Source of the DNA: Klebsormidium nitens
Taxonomy: Eukaryota > Plantae > Klebsormidiophyceae
NCBI GenBank assembly: GCA_000708835.1
Contig: DF237646.1
Location: 1-43,688 of the forward strand
DNA length: 43,688 bases
Direction of reading: 5' to 3'
Shown: in pieces, positions 43,122-43,688 of the stretch
Layout of the letters: each line of letters starts with the position of its first letter
How positions within the stretch are numbered: position 1 is the first letter of the stretch
Notes under the pieces: generated by a model
Told to the model about the DNA's origin: nothing
Databases searched by the model: none
Seen by the model: the letters and a program-made list of their open reading frames with translations, nothing else
Position numbers and translations under genes: made by a program

Positions 43122-43688
43122 ATGGCTGCATTTCTGGCTCGACACCTCATTGCGGTCTTCGTCATCGCTTGCCTCCTGAGCGTGGATGCTTCTCTTGGTT
43201 CAACGGAGGACGCCTTTTCAGGCGCGCAACCAGACGTCGGTCCAAGAAGGGCGACCCTGCAGCTTGGCGGCACAGACACTCCGTCGCCAACCCCTTCTGC
43301 AACCGGAGGAGCTTCCCCAGCTCCCGTAACCACCCCCCCCTCAACCCCTTCCGTAACTTCCCCCTCTCCAACTTCAACTCCCGATCCCCCAACACCAACT
43401 CCAACACTAACTCTTCCCCCCCCAACTTCCACTCCATCACCCCCTACAGATACCCCAATGCCGACACCAACAATAACTCTCCCCCCCCCAACTTCCACTC
43501 CATCAACCCCTACAGATACCCCAACGCCGACACCAACAGTAACTCTCCCCCCCCCAACCGCCACTCCATCAACCCCTACAGATACCCCCACGCCAACTCC
43601 AACAGTCATACTCCCTCCGCCAACTTCTACTCCATCAACCCCTGCAGATACCCCCACCCCGACACCTACAGTAATACTTCCCCCCCCT
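43122..43688 (+). CDS. Secreted Thr/Pro-rich mucin/HRGP-like protein, 5' part (runs off window)
   Basis: ATG at 43122; signal-like [23 protein letters not shown]; open frame to the window end. An acceptor-like cttcgcag lies just upstream. Confidence 0.85.
   Translation, partial: MAAFLARHLIAVFVIACLLSVDASLGSTEDAFSGAQPDVGPRRATLQLGGTDTPSPTPSATGGASPAPVTTPPSTPSVTSPSPTSTPDPPTPTPTLTLPPPTSTPSPPTDTPMPTPTITLPPPTSTPSTPTDTPTPTPTVTLPPPTATPSTPTDTPTPTPTVILPPPTSTPSTPADTPTPTPTVILPPP
43390..43688 (+). repeat. 66-bp (22-aa) coding tandem repeat PTPT(V/I/L)(T/I)LPPPTSTPS(T/P)P(T/A)DTP(T/M)
   Basis: At least 4.5 consecutive units visible in translation. Confidence 0.9.

Noticed and set aside
43240-43262. RRATL as a third S1P-type site
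   Set aside because: It lacks the hydrophobic P2 residue of RRLL-type motifs; too weak to call.
43067-43657. 196-aa Val/Gly-rich minus-strand ORF
   Set aside because: Antisense shadow of the Thr/Pro repeat gene, which has a signal peptide on the plus strand.

Overview
Eukaryotic genomic DNA with GT-AG introns and GC3-rich exons. The gene set suggests a flagellate streptophyte alga of the Klebsormidium type (inference): it holds a plant-type HSP70T-2, a plant-type polyphenol oxidase and a ciliary MIP-like gene. Manual splicing gave three multi-exon genes and one partial gene. (1) A 7-exon HSP70T-2/HSP70-8-like gene on the minus strand (16646->4526), with a 7.1-kb intron filled with Ty3/gypsy relics and a 1-nt frameshift in exon 3. 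(2) A 12-exon, ~411-aa gene on the minus strand (24248->18981) with PYG (PGYxGxxP) and Mn-like motifs typical of axonemal microtubule inner proteins; the ORF track misses it almost entirely. (3) An 8-exon, ~1700-aa polyphenol oxidase/tyrosinase on the plus strand (25659->35777). It has a hydrophobic N-terminus and an intact CuA/CuB site, followed by a ~650-aa Ser-Pro stalk, two Tyr/Gly/Gln-rich modules and two RRLL motifs; its KFDV-type shield domain is split by inserts. This is the best candidate for a novel system: possibly a secreted oxidase carrying its own cross-linkable substrate. (4) The 5' part of a secreted Thr/Pro 22-aa-repeat protein (43122->end, +). Also present are tandem pseudo-exons in two genes, a LINE relic, repeats flanking two assembly gaps, and several antisense shadow ORFs. 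Exon boundaries were checked by hand for splice consensus and phase but have no transcript support.
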